The notes: generated by a model from the sequence alone, not told the origin. DNA of 64,000 nucleotides from Acidobacteriota bacterium (GCA_021828285.1 JAKASG010000001.1:27326-91325), one strand, 5' to 3'; counted from the stretch's first letter, positions 1 through 10,610 are shown. Numbers and translations: made by a program.

Positions 1-481
1 ACAAGGTACGCATGGCTTCGGTGGATCCCAGCAGATCTCCCACGGCGTCCTTGCGCTCGAACTCCTCGCGCAAAATGCGGTTCTCGCGCTCGATCTGCAG
101 CTTCTCGACGGCGCGATTCAGGATGACGGCAAGGATGTCCGGATCAACCGGCTTCAGGAAGTAGTCATAAGCGCCGGCGTCCATCACTTTCAGCGCCGTG
201 GCCTTTTTTTCATCATCGCTCAGAACGATAACCACTGTGTCAATCGGACCTTTTTGGAGGTCCCGAAGGAGGGCAAGACACTCACGAAGGCCGCCCGAGG
301 GGAGGGTTAAGCTGAGGAGCAAAACGTCGAGGCTTCCCTCCAGCAGCAGGTTGTAGGCGGCCTTGTGGTCCTCGCCTCCGAGGATCTCAAATTGATTGCT
401 GAGCGAATCGGCAATCTTCGAGCGCTCCGGAGCATCGCCGTCCACGATTCCGATTCTGCCTCTGACTTTGGCCGCGGCCAT
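1..481 (-). CDS. sigma-54-dependent (NtrC-family) response regulator, N-terminal part; the gene continues beyond the window start
   Basis: Manual minus-strand translation from ATG 481..479 gives MAAAKVRGRIGIVDGDAPERSKIADSL...LDVLLLSLTLPSGG...VVIVLSDDEKKATALKVMDAGAYDYFLKPVDPDIL, a CheY-like receiver. It is followed by ...LLGSTEAMRTL, the usual entry into the sigma-54 AAA+ activator module. It is absent from the ORF track because it is cut by the window edge. Confidence 0.65.
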   Translation of the reverse strand, partial: MAAAKVRGRIGIVDGDAPERSKIADSLSNQFEILGGEDHKAAYNLLLEGSLDVLLLSLTLPSGGLRECLALLRDLQKGPIDTVVIVLSDDEKKATALKVMDAGAYDYFLKPVDPDILAVILNRAVEKLQIERENRILREEFERKDAVGDLLGSTEAMRTL

Positions 482-554
482 GTAAGGTATTTATGAGGAA
501 ACAGCGCTTCGATTCCGTCAGTCAATGAGCCATCTGCTTCCTTGAGATATCTGC

Positions 555-583
555 ATTCTATGGGCCGTGGGCGGAATTGTCAA
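555..583 (-). promoter_or_regulatory. sigma-70-like promoter for the response-regulator gene (TTGACA-N17-TAGAAT)
   Basis: On the minus strand, TTGACA lies at 583..578, a 17-nt spacer follows, and TAGAAT lies at 560..555. This is about 70 nt upstream of the ATG at 481. Confidence 0.4.
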
Positions 584-624
584 ACGCGGCTCGCCGACGC
601 GGCTCGCCGAACGCGGCTTGCCGA
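584..624. repeat. three tandem 13-14 bp direct repeats (ACGCGGCTCGCCG / ACGCGGCTCGCCGA / ACGCGGCTTGCCGA)
   Basis: Read directly: copies at 584-596, 597-610 and 611-624. The array abuts the -35 hexamer of the putative promoter above. Confidence 0.85.
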
Positions 625-924
625 ATCCATCCTTCTCGGATGACCCACGAAACATTCGCTTTGGCCGGAAGGACTCAGGTATTCTCCTCTCATGAGCGAT
701 ATTTTGAGCTGGAACCAATGCGATTTCATGGCGTTCCATGGATCATGTAACGATCGGGCGCGAGCCGCATCCAATCTCACACGCAGCAGGGGGTGCAATG
801 CAGAGGGGTGAGCCACCCCTCGGAAGCCCTCAAGGGCATTTAGAACAAGCTATTGAGGGGTGGCGTGCTGCCGGTGAGTTGCACGGCTCTATTCGCACGT
901 TCTTTTCGCAGAAAGAGGGGCACA

Positions 925-1830
925 ATGTCTCTTCGTCCAGTCAGGAAAATCATTGAAACCAAGCCCACGATCGAAGGTGCGGGGGTGAAGTTACAGCGCG
1001 CCTTCGGTTTCGGGCAGACCAAAGATTTCGATCCATTTCTTTTGTTGGATGACTTTCGCAATGAGAATCCCGAAGATTATCTCGCCGGATTCCCGTGGCA
1101 TCCGCATCGCGGAATCGAGACGATTACCTACGTTCTGGCAGGCTCCGTGGAGCACGGCGACAGCTTGGGAAATAAGGGCAAGATGACTGCGGGCGACGTG
1201 CAGTGGATGACGGCGGGAAGCGGCATTCTCCACCAGGAAATGCCGAAGGGCGACGCAAGAGGGCGCATGCACGGCTTCCAGTTGTGGGCCAATTTGCCCT
1301 CGTCGCTCAAAATGACCGACCCGCGCTATCAGGATATTCCTTCAAGCGCTATCCCCGAGGTCACAGACGACGATGGCACGCACGTTCGAGTCGTTTGCGG
1401 CGAGTTTTGGGGTAAGAAAGGGCCGGTCGAGGGCGTCGCAGCCGATCCGAATTATCTCGATGTCTTCGTTCCCGCGGGAAAAGAAAAAGTGTTGAAGGTC
1501 GAAACGGATCGCAACGCTTTTGCCTATGTGTTCGCGGGCTCAGGCACGTTCCGCGACGCGTCGAGTCCCCGAGCGGTGCTGACGGACAAAGTGGCGGATC
1601 CCAACGCGACGCCGGTCTATGACGCTCGCAACCATTCGCTCGTGCTGTTCGACCGCGGAGACAATATCAGGGTTCAAGCGGGCGATGAAGGCATTCGATT
1701 TCTGCTCGTGTCGGGCAAGCCGATTGAAGAACCCGTCGCCTGGTATGGCCCGATTGTGATGAACACCCAGGAACAGTTGCGCCAGGCATTTGCGGAGTTG
1801 CAAACCGGCAACTTCATCAAGCACAACTGA
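925..1830 (+). CDS. pirin family protein (bicupin)
   Basis: The ORF 853..1830 contains ...FPWHPHRGIETITYVLAGSVEHGDSLGN...VQWMTAGSGILHQE, the pirin signature region. The likely start is the internal ATG at 925 (MSLRPVRKIIET), preceded by a purine-rich AGAGGGG. Confidence 0.88.
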   Translation: MSLRPVRKIIETKPTIEGAGVKLQRAFGFGQTKDFDPFLLLDDFRNENPEDYLAGFPWHPHRGIETITYVLAGSVEHGDSLGNKGKMTAGDVQWMTAGSGILHQEMPKGDARGRMHGFQLWANLPSSLKMTDPRYQDIPSSAIPEVTDDDGTHVRVVCGEFWGKKGPVEGVAADPNYLDVFVPAGKEKVLKVETDRNAFAYVFAGSGTFRDASSPRAVLTDKVADPNATPVYDARNHSLVLFDRGDNIRVQAGDEGIRFLLVSGKPIEEPVAWYGPIVMNTQEQLRQAFAELQTGNFIKHN

Positions 1831-1928
1831 TTCGGGGATGATTGTGCCGGAGTGCGCCGTTCTCTCCGGTTGATCCATAGGGAGATTTGCCACAGCCACG
1901 CCGGCAGAGGAGCTGTTTTCGCGCACCG

Positions 1929-2978
1929 CTAGTAAGTTTCGTCTCCGCCTTCAAGGCTCACTTTGCCGGCGAAACTGCCGTAAACGTACACGGAATACCC
2001 GGTTACGAGAATCATGCCGATGATCCACCAGACGAGGCCAACTCGCAGGCCGTAATTTCCCGCTTCCGAATTTGAAACGGTAAGTGAATAAGCAGGGTTG
2101 GCGCTGGCAGGCAGGATCAGAGGGTACAATCCGAATACCACGCTGGTCAGCATGCCGAGGAGATAGGCGCAAGAGGATAGAAAACTCTTGAAGTCATCTT
2201 TTTTCAGGATGAACCACTCCATCCCGGCCAAACCCGCGCAGGCAAGCGCCGGAAAGATGTAGCCCCACGGATGATCCACGAGGTTCCCGGGCACGTGCGG
2301 CTGCACGGCGAAGGTCACCGCCGTCACGAGAATCGTGAAGGCGAGGACCGCCCACCATAAGCTTCGCGCGAGCCTCTGAGCGCGATCGTGGACCGCGCCG
2401 CCGGTTTTCAAAGCCAGCCAAAGCGCGCCGTGCAGGGCGAGCGTCACAAGCGCCGCGATGCCGACCAGAATCGTATACCAGTCAAGAATGCCCGTATCCG
2501 GCCCAAGCCTGAAATTCGTCCAGAGCGCCTCGAAAAAATAGCCTTTGTCGTCGAGCGGCACGCCGCGAACCACGTTCGCGAGCGCTGCGCCATAAAAAAT
2601 AGCCAGCAGCAAACTTGAGCCTGCAAAAACGACGTCCCAAAACCTGAACCACACTGGACTTTCCACTTGCCCGCGAAATTCGATGGAGATGCCTCGCAGG
2701 ATCAGCAGCCAGAGCACGATCATCAGCGGCAGATAAAAGCCGCTGAAGGCCGAGGCGTAAAGCGCCGGAAACGCAAAGTAAAGCGTTCCGCCGGCCGCCA
2801 GGAGCCAAACCTCGTTTCCGTCCCACACCGGCCCGATCGATCGGATCACAAGGCGGCGCTCCTCATCCGTCCGGGCCACGAACAAATGGATTGCCCCTGC
2901 GCCGAGGTCAAATCCGTCGAGCACGACGTACATGGCGATCATGAGGGCCACTAAGCAGAACCATATTGTTCCCATCAT
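1929..2978 (-). CDS. cydB: cytochrome bd ubiquinol oxidase subunit II
   Basis: A 349-aa polytopic membrane protein (MMGTIWFCLVALMIAMYVVLDGFDLGAG...) lying immediately downstream of cydA on the same strand. Confidence 0.9.
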   Translation of the reverse strand: MMGTIWFCLVALMIAMYVVLDGFDLGAGAIHLFVARTDEERRLVIRSIGPVWDGNEVWLLAAGGTLYFAFPALYASAFSGFYLPLMIVLWLLILRGISIEFRGQVESPVWFRFWDVVFAGSSLLLAIFYGAALANVVRGVPLDDKGYFFEALWTNFRLGPDTGILDWYTILVGIAALVTLALHGALWLALKTGGAVHDRAQRLARSLWWAVLAFTILVTAVTFAVQPHVPGNLVDHPWGYIFPALACAGLAGMEWFILKKDDFKSFLSSCAYLLGMLTSVVFGLYPLILPASANPAYSLTVSNSEAGNYGLRVGLVWWIIGMILVTGYSVYVYGSFAGKVSLEGGDETY

Positions 2979-3023
2979 CGTTTGACCTCAGATTTCATTC
3001 ATCAACTTTCGGCCATCCCTCTG

Positions 3024-4400
3024 TCAGCGCGCTGCGTCTCCGCCATGGGCCGGCTGAGGGGTCGTCTTGAGCGTTTCCGGGCCGCGCTCAACGACGCGAT
3101 AAATGAGCAAAAGGAAAAGAATGCTGAGCAGTGTATAAATTCCCATGAAACCCAGCAGCGTAAACCAGACGTTTCCTGAAGAGACTTGGGGCGAAACGCC
3201 CGCTGCTGTCCGCATCAATCCATAAATGATCCAGGGTTGACGGCCGGTTTCGGCAGTCATCCAGCCCGCGGTGTTGGCGATGTAGGGGAAAGGAAGGGAA
3301 AGCATGAGCGCCCAGAGCATCGGCCGAAAAGTAAAAAGCGTTCCTCGCCACAGCATCCATGCGGCAAGCCCCATAATGAGAATAAAGATGGTGCCGAGTC
3401 CCACCATGATGTGGTATGAGAAATACACAATCGGGACATTGTCCGGCCAAAGTTTTTGTGGAAACGCATCGAGGCCCTTGACGGTTGATTCCCAGCGGCG
3501 ATAGGTCAGGAAGCTGAGCGCGCGCGGCACTTCGAGCGGATTATCCAGCCGCTTCTTTCGCATGTCGGGCTGGCCGATGAGAGCAATGGGCGCTCCGGCT
3601 TGGGTGTGAAACAATCCTTCCATCGCCGCGAGGGTGACCGGCTGATTCTGCGCCAGCATTTGGCCCTGGCCGTCGCCGGTCGGAAAGAGCTGCATGATCG
3701 TCGCGAAGACTCCGACGATCACGCCCACGCGGACAAATGTGCGGCCGTAGTCGTCATGCCGTCCAACCAGCAGGTAGAAGGCTCCGAGCGCTGCCATGGC
3801 GAACGTTCCGGTAATCACCGCGCCGCACATGGTGTGCGCATACTGCCAAAGCGCCCAGTGATTCAGGAGCAAGCCCCAGAAGCTGGTCAGCGAGAGCTCG
3901 CCGTTCGGGCCGATCGCGTAGGCGACGGGGTGCTGCATCCAGGCGTTGGTAGCGACAATCAGATAACCCGAAAGCCAGGAGCCCAGAAACACCATCAATG
4001 CCGAAAACCAATGGCCCTTCCGTCCCAGCCGTTTTTCGCCGAACAAGAGCAGCCCCAGAAAGCTTGATTCGAGAAAGAAGGAGAACACGCCTTCCATCGC
4101 AAGCGTCTGCCCAATCACGCCGCCCGCAACTTTTGAAAACGCCGCCCAGTTGGTTCCGAACTGGAATTCCATCGGAATGCCGGTTACCACTCCCATGGCG
4201 AAGTTGATGGCGAAAACTTTCGCCCAGAATCGCGCGGCACGGTTGTAATGTTCGTTGCCGGTTCTGAGCGCCAACGTTTTGAGAATCAAAATCAGGAGCG
4301 CCAGCCCCATCGTGAGCTGCGGGAAGAGGTAGTGATAGGTGACAGTAAATGCGAAATGGAGGCGGTCAACGGTCAGAGCTTCAGACATAACAACCTCCAC
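3024..4400 (-). CDS. cydA: cytochrome bd ubiquinol oxidase subunit I
   Basis: 458 aa, with LHFAFTVTYHYLFPQLTMGLA... and GRQPWIIYGLMRT motifs typical of CydA. Confidence 0.9.
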   Translation of the reverse strand: MEVVMSEALTVDRLHFAFTVTYHYLFPQLTMGLALLILILKTLALRTGNEHYNRAARFWAKVFAINFAMGVVTGIPMEFQFGTNWAAFSKVAGGVIGQTLAMEGVFSFFLESSFLGLLLFGEKRLGRKGHWFSALMVFLGSWLSGYLIVATNAWMQHPVAYAIGPNGELSLTSFWGLLLNHWALWQYAHTMCGAVITGTFAMAALGAFYLLVGRHDDYGRTFVRVGVIVGVFATIMQLFPTGDGQGQMLAQNQPVTLAAMEGLFHTQAGAPIALIGQPDMRKKRLDNPLEVPRALSFLTYRRWESTVKGLDAFPQKLWPDNVPIVYFSYHIMVGLGTIFILIMGLAAWMLWRGTLFTFRPMLWALMLSLPFPYIANTAGWMTAETGRQPWIIYGLMRTAAGVSPQVSSGNVWFTLLGFMGIYTLLSILFLLLIYRVVERGPETLKTTPQPAHGGDAAR

Positions 4401-4772
4401 GAGAGAGCAAAGAGCTTTGGGCGGGAACGCCGCAGTTACAATTCAAAGAATCGCCCGATCCACGCCGTGGTTGCGAGCAGGAAGCTGCCGGTGAGCCTCG
4501 GCGAAGGCTTGGGATAACGCCCTTTGAGTGCGCGGGAGCGCAGCGCATTACGTTTCTCTTCAACCTCGTTACAACCAACATTCTAAGGCCGGCCGCGCGT
4601 TTCGTGGAGGTGATTTGCGTCACCTTCCTGTTCGGCCGTCGAACCTTCGGTTGACTCTCAGCCGCCGAGCGCAGGAGAAGATCGAGCAGATGTCTGGATG
4701 GACGGACGGAACCAGCGAGGCGCCAGCACAAAGCGCGTCCCGTGAGCGGCGCGAGAACGCCGGAGCTTTTGC

Positions 4773-5489
4773 TCACTTGTTGAAGAGCGCGTAATACGTT
4801 AGCCCTCCGGCAATTCCTCCGACGATGGGCCCGAGGATCGGCACCCACGCATAGCCCCAATCCGAGCCCTCCTTGCCTTCGATCGGCAGCAAGGCATGCG
4901 CAATGCGCGGAGCCAGATCGCGCGCAGGATTGATAGCGTAGCCCGTCGGGCCGCCGAGCGACAATCCAATCGCCAGCACCAGCAGGCCCACCAGCAGCGG
5001 TGTCAACCCCGACTGCGCAGCGGGATTGTTGGCGGAAATAGCGAGCAATCCGAATATCAGCACGAAGGTTCCAATCGCTTCGGTCAAGAAGTTCATGGGC
5101 GGCCGGCGGATGGCAGGAACGGTCGAGAAAGCCATCAATTTGCGCTGCGCGTCTTCGGTTTCGCTCCAGTGCGGGAGATAGGTGAGCCAGACCAGGACGG
5201 CTCCAAGAAAGCCGCCTGCCATCTGTCCCCCGATGTATTTTGGGACTTCGCTCCAGGGAAATTTGCCTGCCACGGCGAGCGCAATCGTCACCGCCGGATT
5301 GATGTGCGCGCCGCTGATTCGGCCGACCGCGTAAACCGGAATCGCCACGGCCAGCCCCCACCCGATCGTAATCACGATCCAGCCTGAATTCTCCGCTTTC
5401 GATTTCTTCAGCAGTACCCCTGCAACCACGCCGTCCCCAAAAAGAATCAGCATTGCCGTCCCGATGATTTCCGCAACCCAGGGTTTCAC
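4773..5489 (-). CDS. glpF: MIP-family channel, aquaglyceroporin-like
   Basis: 238 aa with two NPA boxes (SGAHINPAVT and YAINPARDLAPR). The Asp after NPAR is the glycerol-facilitator flavour. The symbol is tentative. Confidence 0.85.
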   Translation of the reverse strand: MKPWVAEIIGTAMLILFGDGVVAGVLLKKSKAENSGWIVITIGWGLAVAIPVYAVGRISGAHINPAVTIALAVAGKFPWSEVPKYIGGQMAGGFLGAVLVWLTYLPHWSETEDAQRKLMAFSTVPAIRRPPMNFLTEAIGTFVLIFGLLAISANNPAAQSGLTPLLVGLLVLAIGLSLGGPTGYAINPARDLAPRIAHALLPIEGKEGSDWGYAWVPILGPIVGGIAGGLTYYALFNK

Positions 5490-5648
5490 ACGCCTCCTCT
5501 CGCTCGGCCGAAAGTCGCCCGCGGGAAAGCCGAAAGGAGTATAGACTCACCCGGCGGCTAAAGCGCGCAGATTTTGCAGCGGGGAAATCAGGACACGCCG
5601 GCGGGAAAGAATCGGGCGAGAGTCCCGGGATGTTAACCGGAACGCTTG

Positions 5649-7547
5649 CTACGCGGGCTGCGTTCGTTCACGGCCGGGAACACTGGATGAGGGTTGCGGC
5701 TTCAGGACCTGGGTGACTTCCGGCTCCGCAGGCTTGGTCACGGGGAGCTCGGGCAAGGGTTTCCCCTCGATGAGCAATTTGACTTCGTTGGCGTTGAGCA
5801 CTTCGCGTTCGAGCAACGATTCGGCGATTCGCTTAAGGGTGTCGCGGTTCTTGCTCAAGACGTCTTTCGCGCGTTCGTAACCGGTGATCACGAACCGTTT
5901 CACTTCCTGATCGATTTTGATGGCCGTCGCTTCACTGAAGTCGCGCTGCGTCGTCAGGTCGCGTCCCAGGAAAATTTCCTGCTGGTTCTTGCCGAAAGCG
6001 AGCGGCCCAAGCTCGGACATCCCATATTCGCAGACCATTTCCCGGGCCAGGTGCGTGGCGCGCTCGATATCATTGCTCGCGCCGGTGGTCATGTGCTCGA
6101 GGAAAAGTTCCTCCGCCACGCGCCCGCCCATCAGCACCGCCAGTTCGGATTCCAGGTAGTCACGGGTATGCGTGTGCTTGTCGTCCACGGGGAGTTGCTG
6201 CGTCACGCCGAGCGCCCAGCCGCGCGGAATGATCGTCACCTTGTGGAGCGGGTCGGCGTGCGGCATCGAGGCTGCGACCAGTGCGTGCCCGGCTTCGTGA
6301 TAGGCGGTGTTCTTCTTTTCCTCGTCTGAGAGAATCAGGGACCGGCGCTCCGCGCCCATCAGCACCTTGTCCTTCGCATACTCGAAATCCGCCATGATGA
6401 CTTGTTTGCGGTTATGACGGGCGGCGAGCAACGCCGCTTCGTTCACCAAGTTCGCGAGATCGGCGCCCGAAAATCCCGGCGTGCCGCGCGAGAGCACGGA
6501 GATGTCCACGTCCTCGCCGAGCGGGATTTTCTTGGTGTGAACTTTGAGGATTCCTTCGCGCCCGCCCACATCGGGCAAGGGAACCATCACGCGGCGGTCG
6601 AAGCGCCCGGGTCGCAGAAGCGCCGGATCGAGAACGTCAGGGCGGTTCGTGGCGGCGATCATGATCACGCCTTCGTTCGATTCGAAGCCATCCATCTCAA
6701 CGAGCATCTGGTTGAGCGTCTGCTCGCGCTCGTCGTGCCCGCCGCCGAGCCCCGCGCCGCGGTGCCGGCCCACGGCGTCAATCTCGTCAACGAAGATGAT
6801 GCAGGGCGCGTTTTTCTTGCCTTGCTCGAAAAGGTCGCGGACGCGCGAAGCGCCTACGCCCACGAACATTTCCACAAAATCCGACCCGGAAATCGAGAAG
6901 AACGGAACATTTGCTTCGCCCGCGATCGCGCGCGCGAGCAGCGTCTTGCCCGTTCCGGGCGGCCCGACCAGCAGCACGCCCTTCGGAATGCGCCCGCCGA
7001 GCTTCTGGAATTTCTGCGGCTCCTTCAGGAACTCGATGATCTCATGGAGCTCGTCTTTCGCCTCTTCGACGCCTGCCACGTCTTTGAACGTCACTTTCTT
7101 TTGCTGGCTCGAGAGCAGCCGGGCACGGCTCTTCCCGAAGGAAAGGGCTTTGTTCCCTCCGGCCTGCATTTGCCTCATGAAGAAGATCCAAAGTCCGAGC
7201 AGAAGCAGGATAGGCAAGGCGTTGAACAGCCAGCCTTCCCAGGCGCTGCCGGATGCGTCCTTGATCACCACGTTCACGTTCTTAGTTTGCAGGCTGGTGT
7301 AAAGGTTCGGATAATTGGTCGGAATGGTCGTCTTGAATGCCTGGTTATTCTTTCGCAATTTCCCTTTGACGTCCATCCCTTCAATCGTCACGCTGAGGAC
7401 GTCTCCGTTGTTCACCTCATTCACGAATTGGGTGAACGTCAGTTGGGACACTTGAGGGGTTGACTGGGATTCCACCACTTTCCAAATCACCAGTGCAGCC
7501 ACGGCCATCAGAATCCAGAAAACGATATTTTTGACCGTTGAATTCAC
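5649..7547 (-). CDS. ftsH: ATP-dependent zinc metalloprotease FtsH
   Basis: 632 aa with Walker A GPPGTGKT, an SRH region, and the HEAGHA zinc motif. It has a GTG start and sits in the conserved tilS-hpt-ftsH order. Confidence 0.95.
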   Translation of the reverse strand: MNSTVKNIVFWILMAVAALVIWKVVESQSTPQVSQLTFTQFVNEVNNGDVLSVTIEGMDVKGKLRKNNQAFKTTIPTNYPNLYTSLQTKNVNVVIKDASGSAWEGWLFNALPILLLLGLWIFFMRQMQAGGNKALSFGKSRARLLSSQQKKVTFKDVAGVEEAKDELHEIIEFLKEPQKFQKLGGRIPKGVLLVGPPGTGKTLLARAIAGEANVPFFSISGSDFVEMFVGVGASRVRDLFEQGKKNAPCIIFVDEIDAVGRHRGAGLGGGHDEREQTLNQMLVEMDGFESNEGVIMIAATNRPDVLDPALLRPGRFDRRVMVPLPDVGGREGILKVHTKKIPLGEDVDISVLSRGTPGFSGADLANLVNEAALLAARHNRKQVIMADFEYAKDKVLMGAERRSLILSDEEKKNTAYHEAGHALVAASMPHADPLHKVTIIPRGWALGVTQQLPVDDKHTHTRDYLESELAVLMGGRVAEELFLEHMTTGASNDIERATHLAREMVCEYGMSELGPLAFGKNQQEIFLGRDLTTQRDFSEATAIKIDQEVKRFVITGYERAKDVLSKNRDTLKRIAESLLEREVLNANEVKLLIEGKPLPELPVTKPAEPEVTQVLKPQPSSSVPGRERTQPA

Positions 7548-7644
7548 CGTCTTTACCGACCTTTCTCGACCCCTTGCCTGGGCATCTCACCCCTCACCGA
7601 AGTTTGATGCGCCAAAAGTCCTTTTCGACCCTTAACCGGCCCTG

Positions 7645-8235
7645 TTATTTCAATGCCGCGAGGTAAGGAAGATTTCTAAACTGCTCCTGATAACCGAGGC
7701 CGAAGCCGACCAGAAATCTTCCTGTTGTTCTGAAACCCACATAATCGGTCTTCACATCTGTCTTTCGCTCGTCCTGCCTCTCAACGAGAATCGCAGTCCG
7801 CACGGAATTTGGCCCCTGCCCGAGTACGGATCGGACCAGATGATCGAGCGTCACTCCAGATTGCAACAGGCCGTCCACCAGGAGAACGTCCTTTCCGTGC
7901 GCGTCAATTCGCGGCATGTAAAGGATCTCGTGCAGTTCCACGTTTCCTGAGGCGACCTCACGAGTTTCAGCCTTCACGAAGTGGCAGATTACCGGCATCG
8001 TCAGGGCGCGAACCAAATCTGCCATGAAAATGTAGCAGTTCTCGAGAATCCCGACCACGTGCAGCGTCTTTCCGCGGTAATCGCGGTTGATTTCCTTGGC
8101 CATCGCTGCGACCCGGTTGCGGATTCTTCGTTCTGGAACGACGACGCGAAGATACTTCGCATAAGCCTTGATCCTCGGCGCCGGGCGGGCCGGGCCTCTC
8201 CCCGTGCGCTTCTTTGCTCGGTTGCCCCGCTTCAT
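7645..8235 (-). CDS. hpt: hypoxanthine phosphoribosyltransferase
   Basis: 196 aa with the PRPP-binding loop VLLVDGLLQSGVTL. There is a 4-bp overlap with the tilS stop. Confidence 0.88.
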   Translation of the reverse strand: MKRGNRAKKRTGRGPARPAPRIKAYAKYLRVVVPERRIRNRVAAMAKEINRDYRGKTLHVVGILENCYIFMADLVRALTMPVICHFVKAETREVASGNVELHEILYMPRIDAHGKDVLLVDGLLQSGVTLDHLVRSVLGQGPNSVRTAILVERQDERKTDVKTDYVGFRTTGRFLVGFGLGYQEQFRNLPYLAALK

Positions 8236-9632
8236 AGCTGCTCCACGGCGTCCGATTCCTCGATCACCACCAGGTTGGCGCCTTTTCGCGGCGTCTTGCC
8301 CGGCGCCGACCCGTAACCCCTGACCCAGATGATCCCCTGGTTACTATCAAGCACGGGCCATTCGCGACGCGCCTCAGCAGGGATGCGCCGTTCGCGAAAA
8401 AGCTCTTTTAACTTCTCGGGCCTGCGCCTGCCCGCAGCCTGAAAGCGGTCGCCAGGACGCCAATTCCGGAGCATCATCCTTCCGGGCAATTTCAGCGGAT
8501 CGACCGCCAACAATCCGCTCTTATTATATGCCTCCCCGCCTTCTGCCGGGTCAACTATTTTAAACCGGAAAATCTTGCCGATTTCTCGTACCCGGCATTC
8601 TCCCGGTACGTTTACGGGATAGCTGAATTCGGCCTTCCGCTGGCCGGCAGGAAGGCTCAAAGCAAGCCAGTCGAAATCCTTTCTCCCGACCAAACCCGCG
8701 CCAAGCGAGAGGCTTCTGCCGCTCTGGCCGGAGCCGGCGAATCGCCGAAGCGCCTCAATCTCCCGGTAAGTGACTCCACGCAGGGTGCCGCGAACGCTTT
8801 GGATCATCTGCCGCAGCGCGCGCCGCGCGAGCGCCGGATGAAATTCCCCGAGCGCGCGCACGGGAATTTTCTCGGCGCCGTCCTCGCGCACGCGCCAGGC
8901 CTGTGCCCGTTCGCTCGCTTTCTCCTCGAGGAACGCTTCATCGTCGCGCGAGCGTTCGCTGAGCTCGTTCAGCAGCTTCACGATTTCCGGGCTGTACTCC
9001 CTTTCGAGCAGCGGCAGGAGTTCGGCGCGAATCTTGTTGCGCTGCAATTTCCGATTCGCATTGGAAGAGTCCGCGCGGTATTCGAGCCCGCGCCGCGCGA
9101 TTTCCGCCTCCACCTCGGCGCGTGTGACTCCGAGGAACGGCCGCACGACCGCTCCGTTGAGCGCAGGATAAATGCCGCCGAACCCGCGCGTGCCCGCTCC
9201 GCGGAACAGCCGCAGAAGCAAGGTTTCCGCCTGGTCGTTCGCTGTGTGCGCCGTGACCACTTTGTCGAGCAATCCCTGGCGAATCAAGCCGAAAAAATAG
9301 CGGTAGCGAAGCTCGCGAGCCGTCGCTTCCAGATTTCGATCGCGCGCCGCGTCGCGGACGCGCGCCGAGCCGTGCAAAAACCGCAGCCCCTTTGCGCACG
9401 CCAGTTCCCGCACGAAGCGTTCGTCGCCTTCCGACTCCTCGCCGCGCAGTTGATGGTTGAAATGGATCGCTGAGAGGACCAATCCCTTACGCTCGGCCAA
9501 GCGCCGCATGAAGTCGAGAAGCAATACCGAATCCGCGCCTCCCGAGACCGCAACGCCCACGCGCTCGCCCGGCCGGAACAGCTTTTCCGCTTCCCGCGCC
9601 CACCGCTCGTAAACCTCGCTCTGCGCGCGCAT
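8232..9632 (-). CDS. tilS: tRNA(Ile)-lysidine synthase
   Basis: 466 aa with the N-terminal PP-loop VAVSGGADS and a TilS C-terminal region. Confidence 0.9.
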   Translation of the reverse strand: MRAQSEVYERWAREAEKLFRPGERVGVAVSGGADSVLLLDFMRRLAERKGLVLSAIHFNHQLRGEESEGDERFVRELACAKGLRFLHGSARVRDAARDRNLEATARELRYRYFFGLIRQGLLDKVVTAHTANDQAETLLLRLFRGAGTRGFGGIYPALNGAVVRPFLGVTRAEVEAEIARRGLEYRADSSNANRKLQRNKIRAELLPLLEREYSPEIVKLLNELSERSRDDEAFLEEKASERAQAWRVREDGAEKIPVRALGEFHPALARRALRQMIQSVRGTLRGVTYREIEALRRFAGSGQSGRSLSLGAGLVGRKDFDWLALSLPAGQRKAEFSYPVNVPGECRVREIGKIFRFKIVDPAEGGEAYNKSGLLAVDPLKLPGRMMLRNWRPGDRFQAAGRRRPEKLKELFRERRIPAEARREWPVLDSNQGIIWVRGYGSAPGKTPRKGANLVVIEESDAVEQL

Positions 9633-9743
9633 GGATGCCCTCGCAGGTTTATCTTAGCACCGGCGGGCGCTCGGCGAGCGCAAAGCGACGGCGAAGCGCT
9701 GCGCCTTGCCGCGCGGTCGCCGTCGCTTTCAAATCGCGGAGCG

Positions 9744-10610
9744 TTACTGCTGGGCGTATTCGCCGTTCAGCAAGCGCGCAATCCGTTTTTGAATGGGAGG
9801 ATGGGTCGAAAAGAGGTTTGAGAACATCTGCCTGCCGGCGAGCGGCTGGCAGATGTAGAGGTGAGCCGTGGTCGGGGCCGCTCTCATTGGAATGCGCTTC
9901 GACCACTCGTCAATCTTCCGGAGCGCGCTTGCAAGGCCTTGCGGATTGCCCGTAATGCGCGCTCCCGTTGCGTCCGCTTCGTATTCGCGCGAGCGCGAAA
10001 TGGCCAGTTGAATCAGCGTTGCGGCAAGCGGGGCAAGAATCATCATCGCAAGACCGGAGAGAGCGCCGCCTTCGCGGTCGCGTCCTCCCCCTCCTCCTCC
10101 GAATCCGCCGAATAAGTCCGCAAACCACATCATTTGCGCGATCATCGTGATCGCTCCGGCAATCGTCGCCACCACGGCGCTCGTCAGAATGTCGCGGTTG
10201 CGCACGTGCCCCAATTCATGCGCCAGAACGCCCTCAATCTCCTGGTCGTCGCACAAGTCCAGGATCCCCCGGGTCACGGCCACCGATGCATGGTTCGGAT
10301 TCCTCCCCGTCGCAAAGGCGTTCGGAGAATCGGTGGGGATCAGGTAAATCTTCGGCACCGGAATATTGGCCTTCGCCGCCAGCCGCTCGACAATCTGGTA
10401 GAGCCTCGGCGCATCCTCGCGCGCAATCGGCTGTGCGCCGCTCTGTTTCAGAGCGATCTTATCAGAGTAAAAGTACGCGACTATGTTCATTACGGCTGCG
10501 AGCACAAACGCCAGGATCAGGCCTTGCCTGCCGCCCCACCAGTCGCCAACCGCAAGAAACAGCCCGGTCATCCCTGCCAACAGCACCGTTGTTTTCAAAT
10601 TATTCCACAT
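9744..10610 (-). CDS. htpX: zinc metalloprotease HtpX (M48B)
   Basis: 288 aa with N-terminal TM helices, HELGHV, and a Gly-rich linker. Confidence 0.9.
   Translation of the reverse strand: MWNNLKTTVLLAGMTGLFLAVGDWWGGRQGLILAFVLAAVMNIVAYFYSDKIALKQSGAQPIAREDAPRLYQIVERLAAKANIPVPKIYLIPTDSPNAFATGRNPNHASVAVTRGILDLCDDQEIEGVLAHELGHVRNRDILTSAVVATIAGAITMIAQMMWFADLFGGFGGGGGGRDREGGALSGLAMMILAPLAATLIQLAISRSREYEADATGARITGNPQGLASALRKIDEWSKRIPMRAAPTTAHLYICQPLAGRQMFSNLFSTHPPIQKRIARLLNGEYAQQ

Noticed and set aside
845-875. TGGCGTGCTGCCGGTGAGTTGCA upstream of pirin looked like a sigma-54 (-24 GG / -12 GC) promoter, which would be tempting given the adjacent sigma-54 activator.
   Set aside because: The spacing between the GG and GC elements is about 19 nt instead of the required roughly 10-11 nt.
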